From: Brevundimonas sp.
GTDB lineage: Bacteria > Pseudomonadota > Alphaproteobacteria > Caulobacterales > Caulobacteraceae
Direction of reading: 5' to 3'
DNA length: 64,000 nucleotides
Assembly: GCF_029946145.1 (NCBI RefSeq)
Contig: NZ_JAQSDY010000012.1
Span: forward strand, 178,806-242,805
In this document: positions 17,929 to 28,334 of the stretch, in pieces
How positions within the stretch are numbered: position 1 is the first letter of the stretch
Layout of the letters: each line of letters starts with the position of its first letter
Notes under the pieces: model-generated
What the model was told of the DNA's origin: nothing
The model's input: the letters and a program-made list of their open reading frames with translations, nothing else
The model's database searches: none
Translations under genes and position numbers: made by a program

Positions 17929-19671
17929 TCAGGCGTTCCGGAGCGCGAGACGGCGGGCGGCGAGATCGGACAGGTCGGCCAACAGGCTTTCGGCCGTGGC
18001 CCAACGCCCGGCGCCCCGGCCCCGGCAACGAACGGCTGATCCGTCGGCGGCGATGACCTTCAAGGCGTTCTCCTCTCCCTTCAGCGCGGCGAACAGGGGG
18101 TCCACCGCATCGGCCACGAGGCGAACCTCGGCGACCAGCCGGCCGTTGTCCATCCGGCAGCGACACAGTTGCCGGGTCCCGATGGCGGCGGGGCTGTCGG
18201 CCGACAGGATGTCGCGCGGGATGTCGGCCTCGTCCGGCATGACGCCGAAGGCTTCGAAGGCCAGCAGGCGCACCTTGGCGGCGGCGTCGAGGCCTTCCAG
18301 ATCCGAAGACGGGTCCTCCTCGGCGAAACCGGCGGCGCGCGCCTCGGCCAGGGCGGTTTCGAATGAAGCGCCGCCGCCCAGCCGCTCGAGCATGAAGTTG
18401 ACCGTGCCGTTCAACACCGCTTCGAAAGCTGCGACCGGCCCTTGGGCGCGGGCCGCGCGCAAGGCCTCGACCATCGGCGCACCGCCGCCGACGGAGGCGG
18501 ACCACAGCAGTCTGGCGCCGTGCGCTTCCGCCAAGGCCAGCAGGCCGGCGGGATCGCGGCTGACGGCCTGTTTGTTGGCGCTGGCGACATCGACGCCGCG
18601 CTGGAGCGCCGCACGGATCAGGGCGTGGCCCGCCCCGGCCTCGGACAGGGCTTCCAGAAGGATGTCGGGCTCCCGATCCAGCAGGGCCGGGATGTCGGAC
18701 ACGAGCAACGGGGCGAGCGCTTCGGCGGAGACGCCCGGCACGTCGCGTGGCCGCGCGGGGTCGCGGACCAGCACGCCGACCACCTCGACGCGGCGGTCGG
18801 CGATCAGTCGGGCGAGAGCCCCGCCGCCGACCACGCCGCAACCGGCGACGGCGACCTTGAGCGGTCTGGAGGGCTGGACCGGGCGGGGCGGGGCGCTCCC
18901 GGCGCCGATGACCGTGCGGTGGCCGTCGGCGTGGTTGCGAACCTCGACGCGCAGGCGGCGGGCCTCGGCCAGATCCAGCGCGTCCGGCTGGACCAGTCCG
19001 CCGCCCAGCGTCTTGGCCTCGGCCCAGCTGGCGCGGTCGTAGCGCCGCGCCGCCGGGTCGGCGTTGGGGTCGCGGTCGTAGAGGCCGTCGACGTCCTTCA
19101 CCAGCTGGACGTGGTCCAGCCCCAGTTCGGCGGCGAGGAACAGGGCGGTCAGGTCGGACCCGCCGCGCCCCATCAGCACCACCCGCCCATCGGCGGTCAT
19201 GGCTCCGAATCCGGGAACAACCACGACTTCGTGCCGGTCGAGCGCCCGGTCCAGGGCTCCGCGGTTCAGGGTGACGGGACGGGCGTGCTCGCCGGGGCCC
19301 TCGGCCGCGATGCCGAGGTCGCGCACCGACAGGGTGGTGGCGCTGAGACCGATGCGGTCGCAGGCGAGGGCGGCGAGGGCGGCGGACCGTTCCTCGCCCT
19401 GGACGACACAGGCGGGCAGCAGGGGATTGTCGTGGGCGAGGCCGAGGGCTCGCGCTTCGGCCAGCAGCCGGTCGGTCTCGCCGGCGAAGGCGGACACCAC
19501 CGCGATGACCCGGCGGCCACGGCGCACCTCGGCGTAGATGTCCGAGGCGACAGCGGGTGCGTCGGCGGGCCCGGTGAGGACGGAGCTGCCGAATTTCATC
19601 ACCACGACGGGGACGTCGCGAGCGACGACGGCGGGAAGCGGTTCGGGGCGGAGGAGGGCGAGACCAGGCAT
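17929..19671 (-). CDS. Aspartate kinase - homoserine dehydrogenase fusion lacking ACT domains
   Basis: AK half: MKFGSS, VVSAFAGETD, GRGGSDLTA, KDVDGLYDRDP. HSDH half: GCGVVG, ASANKQ, ASVGGGAP, LNGTVNFML, GFAEEDPSSDLEGLDAAAK. Confidence 0.9.
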   Translation of the reverse strand: MPGLALLRPEPLPAVVARDVPVVVMKFGSSVLTGPADAPAVASDIYAEVRRGRRVIAVVSAFAGETDRLLAEARALGLAHDNPLLPACVVQGEERSAALAALACDRIGLSATTLSVRDLGIAAEGPGEHARPVTLNRGALDRALDRHEVVVVPGFGAMTADGRVVLMGRGGSDLTALFLAAELGLDHVQLVKDVDGLYDRDPNADPAARRYDRASWAEAKTLGGGLVQPDALDLAEARRLRVEVRNHADGHRTVIGAGSAPPRPVQPSRPLKVAVAGCGVVGGGALARLIADRRVEVVGVLVRDPARPRDVPGVSAEALAPLLVSDIPALLDREPDILLEALSEAGAGHALIRAALQRGVDVASANKQAVSRDPAGLLALAEAHGARLLWSASVGGGAPMVEALRAARAQGPVAAFEAVLNGTVNFMLERLGGGASFETALAEARAAGFAEEDPSSDLEGLDAAAKVRLLAFEAFGVMPDEADIPRDILSADSPAAIGTRQLCRCRMDNGRLVAEVRLVADAVDPLFAALKGEENALKVIAADGSAVRCRGRGAGRWATAESLLADLSDLAARRLALRNA

Positions 19672-19721
19672 GAACGGGGCTTTCGGTGCAGGGCGGGGAG
19701 GGAAAGGCGTGGGGCGGAATG

Positions 19722-19752
19722 AAAAACCCCGCCCGGGGGTCCGGGCGGGGTT
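19722..19752 (-). terminator. Intrinsic terminator of the thr attenuator
   Basis: Minus strand AACCCCGCCCGG-ACCC-CCGGGCGGGGTT then TTT: 12-bp GC-rich stem with U-tract, between the leader and the AK-HSDH start. Confidence 0.9.
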
Positions 19753-19783
19753 GGGTTATTGCGATCCTGAGCTTCGGTGCGCG

Positions 19784-19837
19784 CTAACCTGTCCCCGCCG
19801 TCGGCGTGGTGATGGTGGTGATGGTCATGGTGGTCAT
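19784..19837 (-). CDS. thrL: Thr/Ile(/Met)-rich leader peptide MTTMTITTITTPTAGTG
   Basis: 17 codons with 9 Thr, 2 Ile and 2 Met, ending just 5' of the terminator. Its 3' part (GGCGGGG...GGTTA) is complementary to the terminator 5' arm region. Confidence 0.88.
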   Translation of the reverse strand: MTTMTITTITTPTAGTG

Positions 19838-19983
19838 GCCGAGCCCGCCGAGGCGCACGATCTCGCCGCCGCGCGAAGCGGGCGAGAGGGCGGCGAAGGC
19901 TGCGGCGGAACGGATCACGGGACCAGGCTCACATTGAAGTGCAGGCGGCAGGCTGCGGGGCGCCACGGGCTTTCGTCAAGTCG

Positions 19984-20004
19984 TCCGGCAATATTATTGC
20001 CGGA
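19984..20004. promoter_or_regulatory. Inverted repeat TCCGGCAAT-ATT-ATTGCCGGA just upstream of a minus-strand TTGACG (-35-like)
   Basis: 9-bp perfect arms; TTGACG at 19979-19974 on the minus strand; the -10 element is poor. Confidence 0.45.
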
Positions 20005-20082
20005 TGGGCGCGAGTTGATCTGTTCAGGGCTTCGAGGAGCCATGTTGTGCGCTTTGGACGACACGGTTTCACTCATCATCGC

Positions 20083-21183
20083 TCAGGCCCAGTGCATCTG
20101 GACGCGATGCGCGGCGGCCCAGTGGATGGCGCGCAGACCGTCGATCACGGCATTGGCGGCGTCGCGCGTGCCCATGGTCCCCCCGAGGTCCTCGGTTGTC
20201 GCGCCGGCCGAGAGCACGGCGGCGACGGCGGCCTCGATCGAGGCCGCCTCGTCCTCCAGTCCGAGGCTGTGGCGCAGCATCAGGGCGGCGGACAGGATGG
20301 TCCCGACTGGATTGGCCTTGTCCTGGCCGGCGATGTCCGGCGCCGAGCCGTGGATCGGCTCGAACAGGCCGGGACCGTCGGCGCCCAGCGAGGCCGAGGG
20401 CAGCAGACCGATCGAGCCGCCCAGGACCGAGATCTCGTCCGACAGGATGTCGCCGAACATGTTCTCGGTCAGGATGACGTCATATTCGCGCGGCTTGCGG
20501 ATCAGATGCATGGCCATGGAGTCGACCAGGGCGTGCTCCAGTTCGATGCGGGGGAATTCCTCGGCGTGGACGCGGGTGACGACCTCGCGCCACAGGCGGC
20601 TGGTCTCCATCACATTGGCCTTGTCCACCGAGGTCACCTTGCCGCGCCGCAGCTGGGCGGTCCTGAAGGCGGCGCGGGCGATGCGTTCGATCTCGGGCGT
20701 GGTGTAGACACACAGGTCGGTGGCGCGGTCGGCGGTGCGGGTCTTCTCGCCGAAATAGATGCCGCCCGTCAGCTCGCGGAACACGATCAGATCGACGCCC
20801 TCGACGATCTCCTGCTTCAGCGGCGAGCGGTGGGCCAGCACCGGCGACACCTGCAGCGGCCGCAGATTGGCGAACAGACCCATGGCCTTGCGCAGGCCCA
20901 GCAGGCCTTCCTCGGGCCGGCGCGCGCCGCCGTCCCATTTGGGACCGCCGACCGCGCCCAGCAGCACGGCGTCGGCGGCGAGGCAGGCGCTGACCGTTTC
21001 CGGCGGCAGGGGATCGCCGGTCGCGTCGATCGCCGCGCCGCCGATCAGATGCTCGTGGAAGCGGAATTTATGCTCGAAGAAGTCGCCGATGACCGCCAGC
21101 ACGGCGCGGGCGGCGTGGACGACCTCGGGGCCGACCCCGTCGCCGGGCAGGACGACGATGTCGAAGGTGCGGGGAGCGGGCAT
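20083..21183 (-). CDS. leuB: 3-isopropylmalate dehydrogenase
   Basis: IVVLPGDGVGPEV, LGAVGGPKWD, FANLRP, FRELTGGIYFGE, VDKANVM, NMFGDILSD, EPIHGSAPDIAG. Start ATG 21183. Confidence 0.97.
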   Translation of the reverse strand: MPAPRTFDIVVLPGDGVGPEVVHAARAVLAVIGDFFEHKFRFHEHLIGGAAIDATGDPLPPETVSACLAADAVLLGAVGGPKWDGGARRPEEGLLGLRKAMGLFANLRPLQVSPVLAHRSPLKQEIVEGVDLIVFRELTGGIYFGEKTRTADRATDLCVYTTPEIERIARAAFRTAQLRRGKVTSVDKANVMETSRLWREVVTRVHAEEFPRIELEHALVDSMAMHLIRKPREYDVILTENMFGDILSDEISVLGGSIGLLPSASLGADGPGLFEPIHGSAPDIAGQDKANPVGTILSAALMLRHSLGLEDEAASIEAAVAAVLSAGATTEDLGGTMGTRDAANAVIDGLRAIHWAAAHRVQMHWA

Positions 21184-21773
21184 CAGGCGGTTTCCATTTC
21201 GTGAGCGGCCTCCCAGGCCGCGATGTCGGGCAGGCGGGCTTGCAGCCAGCCCAGGGTGTCGACGCCGTCCAGCAGGCAGCGGCGGGCGAACAGCTCGACC
21301 GTGAAGGGCGTGGGGGCGGCGTTGCCGCGGCGGATTTCTCCGGCCTCCAGATCGATGGTCACCGGCTGGTCGGGGAAGGCGGCGAGGTCGTCCCACGTCG
21401 CCTGATTGACCTCGATGGGCAGCAGGCCGGTCTTGAGGGCGTTGGAGGTGAAGATGTCGGCGATCGAGGTCGAGATCACCGCCTGGAAGCCGTAGTCGAC
21501 CAGCGCCCACGGGGCGTGTTCGCGCGACGAGCCGCAGGCGAAATTCGGCCCAGCCAGCAGGATGCGCCGCTCGGCCGGATCGATGCGATTCAAGACCGCC
21601 TCGGGCTTGGGCGAGCCGTCGGTCTCGTAGCGCCAGTCGTAAAAGGCCGCCTTGCCCAGTCCCTCGCGCGAGGTGGTGGTCAGGAAGCGCGCGGGGATGA
21701 TCTGGTCGGTGTCGATATTGGCCTGGCTGAGAACCACGGCCTTTGACGTCAGGGCTTGAAAGGCTTCAGGCAT
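21183..21773 (-). CDS. leuD: 3-isopropylmalate dehydratase small subunit
   Basis: [28 protein letters not shown]. Confidence 0.97.
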   Translation of the reverse strand: MPEAFQALTSKAVVLSQANIDTDQIIPARFLTTTSREGLGKAAFYDWRYETDGSPKPEAVLNRIDPAERRILLAGPNFACGSSREHAPWALVDYGFQAVISTSIADIFTSNALKTGLLPIEVNQATWDDLAAFPDQPVTIDLEAGEIRRGNAAPTPFTVELFARRCLLDGVDTLGWLQARLPDIAAWEAAHEMETA

Positions 21774-23178
21774 CGACGGCCTCCTTCAGATAGACGCGCG
21801 GGTCCCTCAGCACACCGGCGACGGCGCTGGCGGCGGCGGTAGCGGGGCTGGCCAGGATGGTGCGCGCGCCCTTGCCCTGACGGCCCTCGAAATTGCGGTT
21901 CGAGGTCGAGACGGCCAGCTGGCCCGGGGCGACGAAATCGCCGTTCATGGCGATGCACATCGAACAGCCGGGCAGGCGCCATTCGGCCCCGGCCTCGATG
22001 AAGACCCGGTCCAGACCTTCGGCCTCGGCGTCGCGTCGCACGGCCTCGGACCCGGGCACCACCAGCATGCGGACGCCGGGGCTGACCTTGCGGCCGCGCA
22101 GGACCTCGGCGGCGGCGCGCAGATCGGGCAGGCGGCCGTTGGTGCAGCTTCCGACGAAGACGACATCGACCGGATGGCCGGTCGTCGCCTCCCCGGCGGC
22201 GAAGCCCATGTAGGCCAGCGCCTTCTCGTCGGAGGCGTCGCGCGGGGCGGGGACGAGGGTCCCGATCGGCGAGCCGGCGTCGGGCGTGGTGCCCCAGGTG
22301 GCCATCGGCCGGATCGCCGCGCCGTCGATCTCGATCTCGGAATCGAACACCGCCCCGGGATCGCTCCTCAGGGTCAGCCAGTCGGCCGCCGCGCGTCCGA
22401 AGGCCTCGCCCTTCGGCACGTGCCGACGACCCTGCAGCCAGTCGATGGTGACCACGTCGGGGGCGATCATGCCGGCCCGGGCTCCGGCCTCGATCGACAT
22501 GTTGCAGACCGTCATCCGGCCTTCCATGTCCAGCGAGCGGACGGCCTCGCCGGCGTATTCGATGACATGGCCCGAACCGCCGCCGAAGCCGAGGCGGGCG
22601 ATGACGGCGAGGGCCACGTCCTTGCCCGACACGCCCGGTTGCAGCCGGCCCGTGACGGTGACCCGCATTGCCTTGGGCTTGCGCTGCAGCAGACACTGGG
22701 TCGCCAGCACATGGCCGACCTCCGAGGTGCCGATGCCGAAGGCCAGGGCTCCGAAGGCGCCGTGCGTCGCCGTATGGCTGTCGCCGCAGACGACGGTCAT
22801 GCCGGGCCGTGTCAGGCCCAGCTCCGGGCCCATGACATGGACCACGCCGCGATCGTCGCTGTCCCATCCGGCCAGCCGGACGCCATGGCGGGCGCAATTG
22901 GCCTCCAGCCGCTCGACCTGCGACCGCGCCGCCGCCGTCACATAGGGCCGTTCGCCGTCGGCGCCGGCGGGCAGGGTCGGGGTCGAATGGTCGAGGGTGG
23001 CGAAGGTGCGGTCGGGACGGCGCACGGCCAGGCCGCGCGCCTCGATCTCGCTGAAGGCCTGCGGGCTGGTGACCTCATGCACCAGATGCAGGTCGACATA
23101 GAGCACGCCCGGCGTGTCCACCGTTTCCGGCGTGACCACGTGCCGGTTCCAGACCTTGTCGAACAGGGTCTCACGCAT
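21766..23178 (-). CDS. leuC: 3-isopropylmalate dehydratase large subunit
   Basis: [62 protein letters not shown]. Confidence 0.97.
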   Translation of the reverse strand: MRETLFDKVWNRHVVTPETVDTPGVLYVDLHLVHEVTSPQAFSEIEARGLAVRRPDRTFATLDHSTPTLPAGADGERPYVTAAARSQVERLEANCARHGVRLAGWDSDDRGVVHVMGPELGLTRPGMTVVCGDSHTATHGAFGALAFGIGTSEVGHVLATQCLLQRKPKAMRVTVTGRLQPGVSGKDVALAVIARLGFGGGSGHVIEYAGEAVRSLDMEGRMTVCNMSIEAGARAGMIAPDVVTIDWLQGRRHVPKGEAFGRAAADWLTLRSDPGAVFDSEIEIDGAAIRPMATWGTTPDAGSPIGTLVPAPRDASDEKALAYMGFAAGEATTGHPVDVVFVGSCTNGRLPDLRAAAEVLRGRKVSPGVRMLVVPGSEAVRRDAEAEGLDRVFIEAGAEWRLPGCSMCIAMNGDFVAPGQLAVSTSNRNFEGRQGKGARTILASPATAAASAVAGVLRDPRVYLKEAVDA

Positions 23179-24136
23179 GTTCGACCTCGCGTTTCGGTGC
23201 GGCGGCGGGCGCGGCGATGGGCTCCAGCCAGCCGAACCGGTCGGGCGTGGTTCCGTCGAACAGGCCGCGGAAGGCGGCGTTGACCGCCTTTGTCACCGGT
23301 CCCGGACCGGCGCAGCGGGTCGGAATGCCGTCGACCGAGCGCACCGGCGTGATCTCGGCCGCCGTGCCGGTCATGAAGATCTCGTCGGCGACATACAGGG
23401 CCTCGCGCGGCAGGATCTGTTCGCGGGTCTCATAGCCGAGGCCGCGAGCCAGCTTCAGCACGCTGTCGCGGGTGATGCCCATCAGGATGGAGGCGGCGGC
23501 GGGCGGGGTGATGATCTCGCCGTCCTTGACGAGGAACAGGTTCTCGCCGGCGCCTTCGGACAGGCGGCCGTCGGTGCCCAGGGCGATGCCCTCGCCGAAG
23601 CCGCCGACCCGCGCCTCGCGACCGATCAGATAGGAGGACAGATAGTTGCCGCCCGCCTTGGCACCCGAGGGCACGGTGTTGGGGGCGATGCGCGACCAGC
23701 TGGCGACGCAGGCGTCGACGCCCTTTTCCAGCGCCTCCTCGCCCAGATAGGCCCCCCACGGGAAGGCGGCGATGGCGACGTCGATGTTCATATTGTCGGG
23801 CGAGGGCGTCACCCCCATGCCGCACTGGCCGAGGAAGGCGATGGGCCGGATATAGGCGCTGCGCAGGCCGGTGGCGCGGACCGTCGCCTTGCAGGCCTCG
23901 ACCAGTTCGTCCTCGGTCCAGGGCAGCTGGAAATGGTACATCCGCGCGCTGTCGAACAACCGCCGCACATGGTCGGTCAGACGGAAGCCGCGCGGCCCGT
24001 CGGGGGTGTCATAGACGCGGATGCCCTCGAACACCGAGGTGCCGTAGTGGAGCGCGTGGCTCATGACGTGAATCTTCGCGTCGGCCCAGGGCGTCAGCTC
24101 GCCGTTGATCCAGATGTGTTCAGCCAGCGGCCGCAT
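23171..24136 (-). CDS. ilvE: Branched-chain amino acid aminotransferase
   Basis: [28 protein letters not shown] (PLP Lys), [25 protein letters not shown]. Confidence 0.96.
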   Translation of the reverse strand: MRPLAEHIWINGELTPWADAKIHVMSHALHYGTSVFEGIRVYDTPDGPRGFRLTDHVRRLFDSARMYHFQLPWTEDELVEACKATVRATGLRSAYIRPIAFLGQCGMGVTPSPDNMNIDVAIAAFPWGAYLGEEALEKGVDACVASWSRIAPNTVPSGAKAGGNYLSSYLIGREARVGGFGEGIALGTDGRLSEGAGENLFLVKDGEIITPPAAASILMGITRDSVLKLARGLGYETREQILPREALYVADEIFMTGTAAEITPVRSVDGIPTRCAGPGPVTKAVNAAFRGLFDGTTPDRFGWLEPIAAPAAAPKREVEHA

Positions 24137-25346
24137 AGGCGGGCTCCTCTTGATGGGTGACGGGTCGGGCGGCCTCGATGATGGCCAGCAGTTCGTGGTC
24201 GTTGATCTCGCCGATCTGGTCGGCGCGGGCCTTGAAGCCGGCGAAGGCGGCGGCCAGGTGCAGACCGGTCACCGGCTGGCCCAGCGTTTCGGCGCGCTTT
24301 GCGACGGCATGGCGGCCCGAATGTTTGCCCAGCACGAACCAGGTGCCTTCGAAGCCGACGTCCTGGGGGCGCATGATCTCGTAGGTCGAGGGATCGGCCA
24401 TCATGCCGTGCTGGTGAATGCCGGCCTCGTGGGCGAAGGCGTTGAGGCCGACGATGGCCTTGTTGCGGACCACCGGCGTGTGGGTGATCTCGCTCAGCAG
24501 ACGGCTGGCGCGGACCAGATGAGTGGCGTCCACGCCGGTGTGCAGGCCGTAGCGGTCCGACCGGGTGCGGATGGCCATGACCATCTCCTCGATCGAGGCG
24601 TTGCCGGCCCGCTCGCCGATGCCGTTGATGGCGCCCTCGACCTGACGCGCCCCGGCCTCGACGGCCGACAGGGAGTTGGCGACGGCCATGCCCAGGTCGT
24701 TGTGGCAGTGGGCGGAGAAGACGACCTGCGGGAAGCGGGCGCGGACGGTCGAGATCAGGGTGCGGAAGATGTCGCCGATCTCGCCCGGCGTGGAATAGCC
24801 GACGGTGTCGGGGATGTTCAGCGTCGTGGCCCCCGCCGCGGCGGCGACCTCGCACACCTCGGCCAGGAACTCCGGCTCGGTGCGGATGGCGTCCTCGGGG
24901 CTGAACTCCACGTCCTCGAAGCGGGTGCGGGCATAGGCGACGGCGCGCCCGGCGACCGACAGAACCTCGGCCTTCGACATTCTCAGCTTGGCCGAGCGGT
25001 GGATGGGGCTGGTCCCCAGAAAGATGTGGCAGCGCCGTTCCTCCGTCCCGCGCAGGGCGCGGTACGCCGCGTCGATGTCCGCCTCGCTCGCGCGGGCCAG
25101 CGAGCAGAAGACCGGGCCTTCCACCTCGCCGACCACGCGCCGGACACCTTCCTCGTCGCCGGGCGAGGCGGCGGCGAAGCCGGCCTCGACCACATCGACC
25201 TTCAGCGCGGCCAGCGCCCGGGCCATGCGCACCTTGTCGTCCGGCCCCATGGAGAAGCCCGGCGCCTGTTCCCCGTCGCGCAGGGTGGTGTCGAAGACGA
25301 CGACCCTGTCCGGGTCGGCGGCGACGGCGGTCTGAACCCGGGTCAT
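24120..25346 (-). CDS. leuA: 2-isopropylmalate synthase, short form (about 408 aa, no C-terminal regulatory domain)
   Basis: DTTLRDGEQAPG, HCHNDLGMAVANSL, GIGERAGN, AHEAGIHQHG, LGKHSGRHA, then a stop. Start ATG 25346. Confidence 0.92.
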   Translation of the reverse strand: MTRVQTAVAADPDRVVVFDTTLRDGEQAPGFSMGPDDKVRMARALAALKVDVVEAGFAAASPGDEEGVRRVVGEVEGPVFCSLARASEADIDAAYRALRGTEERRCHIFLGTSPIHRSAKLRMSKAEVLSVAGRAVAYARTRFEDVEFSPEDAIRTEPEFLAEVCEVAAAAGATTLNIPDTVGYSTPGEIGDIFRTLISTVRARFPQVVFSAHCHNDLGMAVANSLSAVEAGARQVEGAINGIGERAGNASIEEMVMAIRTRSDRYGLHTGVDATHLVRASRLLSEITHTPVVRNKAIVGLNAFAHEAGIHQHGMMADPSTYEIMRPQDVGFEGTWFVLGKHSGRHAVAKRAETLGQPVTGLHLAAAFAGFKARADQIGEINDHELLAIIEAARPVTHQEEPAYAAAG

Positions 25347-25606
25347 GCCGCTACCTCGGGATGGAAGGCGGCGGCCGGAGCCACGATGCGGGTGACGCCG
25401 AACAGCTTGTCTATCTGCCGGCCCAGGGTGTGGGGACAACGGCCGTCGTCGCGGCCGCGCACGGCCAGTTCGACGCGCCGGCCATGGCCCTCGTCGCTCA
25501 GGGTCATGCCGTCGATGTGGAAACCGCGGCGCTCGACGAGACCGATCAGGCGCTGGAGCGAGCCGTCGGCGCGGTCGATATGCAGGTGCAGGGTGTCAGC
25601 GGTCAT
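25343..25606 (-). CDS. ilvM: Acetolactate synthase II-type small subunit (ACT only, IlvM-like)
   Basis: 87 aa, LQRLIGLVERRGFHIDGM...RQIDKL; lies directly after the catalytic subunit. Confidence 0.8.
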   Translation of the reverse strand: MTADTLHLHIDRADGSLQRLIGLVERRGFHIDGMTLSDEGHGRRVELAVRGRDDGRCPHTLGRQIDKLFGVTRIVAPAAAFHPEVAA

Positions 25607-25607
25607 G

Positions 25608-27314
25608 TCAGGCGCCTTCCATCATTTCGGCGTTGTTCTTTCCGGGCGGGACCAGCGGCCACACATTCTCCCGGGGATCGATGATGACGTGGGCGAGGCA
25701 GGGGCCGTCGGCGGCCAGCAGGCGGGCGATTCCGGCCGGAACCTCCTCGCGCCGGCTAATTCGGAAGGCCTCTATGCCGAAGGCCTCGGCGACCCTGACG
25801 AAGTCCGGATTGTCGGACAGGTCGATCTCCGAATAGTTGCCGGCGAAGAACAGCTCCTGCCACTGGCGGACCAGTCCCAGGGAGCTGTTGTCCAGCAGCA
25901 GGATCTTCACCGCCACGCCATAGCGGCGCAGGGTGGCCAGCTCCTGGACGTTCATCATGAAGCCGCCGTCGCCGGCGATGACGACGACCGTCGCCTCCGG
26001 ATCCGCCAGCTTGGCGCCGATGCCGGCGGGCAGGCCGAAGCCCATGGCTCCCAGTCCGCCCGAGGTGATGTGGGCCTCCGGCTTTGAGAAGCGGCAGTGC
26101 TGGGCGGCCCACATCTGGTGCTGGCCGACGTCGCAGGCGGCGACGAAGGAGTCGCCGGCGGCTTCGGACACGGCTTTCAGCAGGGCCGGGGCGAAGACGC
26201 CCTCGCCCGGCGCGTCGTCGTAGCGGAAGGCGGTGCGTTGCACGCGGACGGCGCAGTGGATCATCCACGGATCGATGGTCAGGGTCTGGCCCGCCAGATG
26301 CGCGGTCAGCGCCTCGACCCCGGGCGCCAGTTCGCCCGCGACCGGAATCCAGGTCTCGCGCAGTTTGCCGATCTCCGAGGCGTCGATGTCGAAATGGATG
26401 ACCCGGGCGTGCGGGGCGAACTCGGCCAGCTTGCCGGTGGCGCGGTCGTCGAACCGGGCCCCGAAGACGATCAGCAGATCGGTCTCCTGCACCGCCTCAT
26501 TGGCCGCGCGCGCGCCGTGCATGCCCAGCATGCCCTGGAAGCCTGGGGCGTCCGTGGGGATGGTGCCCAGGGCATTCAGGGTCGCGACCGACGGAATGCC
26601 GGTGGCGTCGGCGAAGGCCCGAACCTGCTCGGTGGCCCGGCCGATCTTCACCCCGCCGCCGACATAGATCAGCGGCCGCCGGGCCTCGCGGATCGCCTGT
26701 GCGGCGGCGGCGATGGCGTCGTGATCGATCGTTGCGACCGTATTCGGATACGGGAAGCCGAAGTCCTCGGTGGTCTGGCCGACCTGGACATCCTTGGGCA
26801 GGTCGATCAGGACCGGGCCGGGTCTGCCCGAGGCGGCGATGTGGAAGGCTTCCTCGACCGCCGCCGGGATGTCGGCCGGGTCGCGCACCAGGATGGAGTG
26901 TTTCACGATCGGCAGGGTGACGCCCAGGATGTCGATCTCCTGGAAGGCGTCGGTCCCCATGACGCCCTGGGCGACATTGCCCGTGATGCAGACGATGGGG
27001 ACGGAATCCATCATCGCATTGGCGATGCCGGTGATCAGATTGGTGGCCCCCGGGCCGGAGGTGGCCAGGCAGACCCCGACCTTGCCGCTACGCCGGGCCC
27101 AGGCGTCGGCGGCGAAGGCGGCGGCCTGTTCGTGCCGGACCAGGATGTGGCGCAGCTTCGATCCGGCCAGGGCGTCATAGACCGGCATGATGGCGCCGCC
27201 CGGATAGCCGAACACCACCTCCACCCCCAGCCGCTCCAGGGTGGAGACGAGCAGGCGCGCGCCGCTACGGGGGGCGGCGACGGGTTCGGAAACGCGGACA
27301 GCGGCGGCGTTCAT
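25608..27314 (-). CDS. ilvG: Acetolactate synthase catalytic subunit (AHAS II/IlvG-like)
   Basis: FGYPGGAIMPVYDAL, RHEQ, TSGPGATN, FQEID, GARFDDRATG, DVGQHQMW, GDGGFMMN, VRQWQ. Confidence 0.9.
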   Translation of the reverse strand: MNAAAVRVSEPVAAPRSGARLLVSTLERLGVEVVFGYPGGAIMPVYDALAGSKLRHILVRHEQAAAFAADAWARRSGKVGVCLATSGPGATNLITGIANAMMDSVPIVCITGNVAQGVMGTDAFQEIDILGVTLPIVKHSILVRDPADIPAAVEEAFHIAASGRPGPVLIDLPKDVQVGQTTEDFGFPYPNTVATIDHDAIAAAAQAIREARRPLIYVGGGVKIGRATEQVRAFADATGIPSVATLNALGTIPTDAPGFQGMLGMHGARAANEAVQETDLLIVFGARFDDRATGKLAEFAPHARVIHFDIDASEIGKLRETWIPVAGELAPGVEALTAHLAGQTLTIDPWMIHCAVRVQRTAFRYDDAPGEGVFAPALLKAVSEAAGDSFVAACDVGQHQMWAAQHCRFSKPEAHITSGGLGAMGFGLPAGIGAKLADPEATVVVIAGDGGFMMNVQELATLRRYGVAVKILLLDNSSLGLVRQWQELFFAGNYSEIDLSDNPDFVRVAEAFGIEAFRISRREEVPAGIARLLAADGPCLAHVIIDPRENVWPLVPPGKNNAEMMEGA

Positions 27315-27317
27315 GGG

Positions 27318-28331
27318 TCAGGCGGCTTCCGACTTGGGTGCGTGCAGCCAGGCCATCCGCTCTCGCAGCTTCGCCCCGGTGATCTCGATGGGCTGCTCGC
27401 CGTCGACCTTGACCCAGGCGTCGTAGCGGGGCTTGCCGGCCTCGTTCTCGGCGATCCATTCGCGGGCGAACTGACCCGACTGGATCTCGTCCAGGATGGT
27501 CTTCATCCGGGCGCGGGTCTCGTCGGTGATGACGCGCGGGCCGGACTTGACCGAGCCCCATTTCGCCGTCTCCGAGATGAACTCGTTCATCCTGGTTATG
27601 CCGCCTTCGTAGAACAGGTCCACGATCAGCTTCAGCTCGTGCATGCATTCGAAATAGGCGATCTCGGGCTGGTAGCCGGCCTCGACCAGGGTGTTGAACC
27701 CGGACATGACCAGCTCCTTGGCGCCGCCGCACAGGACGGCCTGTTCGCCGAACAGATCGGTCTCGGTCTCCTCGCGGAAGGTGGTTTCCAGCAGGCCGCC
27801 GGTCGCCCCGCCATTGCCTCGGGCGTAGCCCATGGCGCGGTCGCGGGCCTTGCCGGTGGCGTCCTTCTCGATGGCGAACAGGGAGGGGACGCCCCGGCCG
27901 CGCTGGAACTCGCGACGGACCAGATCGCCCGGCCCCTTGGGCGCGACCAGGATGACGTCCATATCCGCGCGCGGCGTGATCCGGCCGTAGATGATCGAGA
28001 AGCCGTGGGCGAACAGGATGGCGGCGCCCGGTTTGGCGTTGGGCTCGATGACGTCGCGATAGACCTCGGCCTGGATCATGTCCGGGGTCAGGATGGCGAT
28101 GATGTCCGCGTCCCGGACGGCCTCGTCAGGTTCGGCGGTCGGAACGCCGTCGGCGGTGGCATTGCGCCAGCCCTTGCCGCCGTGGCGAACGCCGGCGACC
28201 ACATCGTGGCCGGAGTCCTTCAGGTTCTGGGCGTGGGCCCGGCCTTGCGAGCCGTAGCCGATGATGGCGATGCGCTGGCCGGCGATGGCGCCGGGGCGAA
28301 TATCGTCATTGGTGTAGATGGTGATGGCCAT
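27318..28331 (-). CDS. ilvC: Ketol-acid reductoisomerase (short, class I)
   Basis: [44 protein letters not shown]. Confidence 0.97.
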   Translation of the reverse strand: MAITIYTNDDIRPGAIAGQRIAIIGYGSQGRAHAQNLKDSGHDVVAGVRHGGKGWRNATADGVPTAEPDEAVRDADIIAILTPDMIQAEVYRDVIEPNAKPGAAILFAHGFSIIYGRITPRADMDVILVAPKGPGDLVRREFQRGRGVPSLFAIEKDATGKARDRAMGYARGNGGATGGLLETTFREETETDLFGEQAVLCGGAKELVMSGFNTLVEAGYQPEIAYFECMHELKLIVDLFYEGGITRMNEFISETAKWGSVKSGPRVITDETRARMKTILDEIQSGQFAREWIAENEAGKPRYDAWVKVDGEQPIEITGAKLRERMAWLHAPKSEAA

Positions 28332-28334
28332 GGT

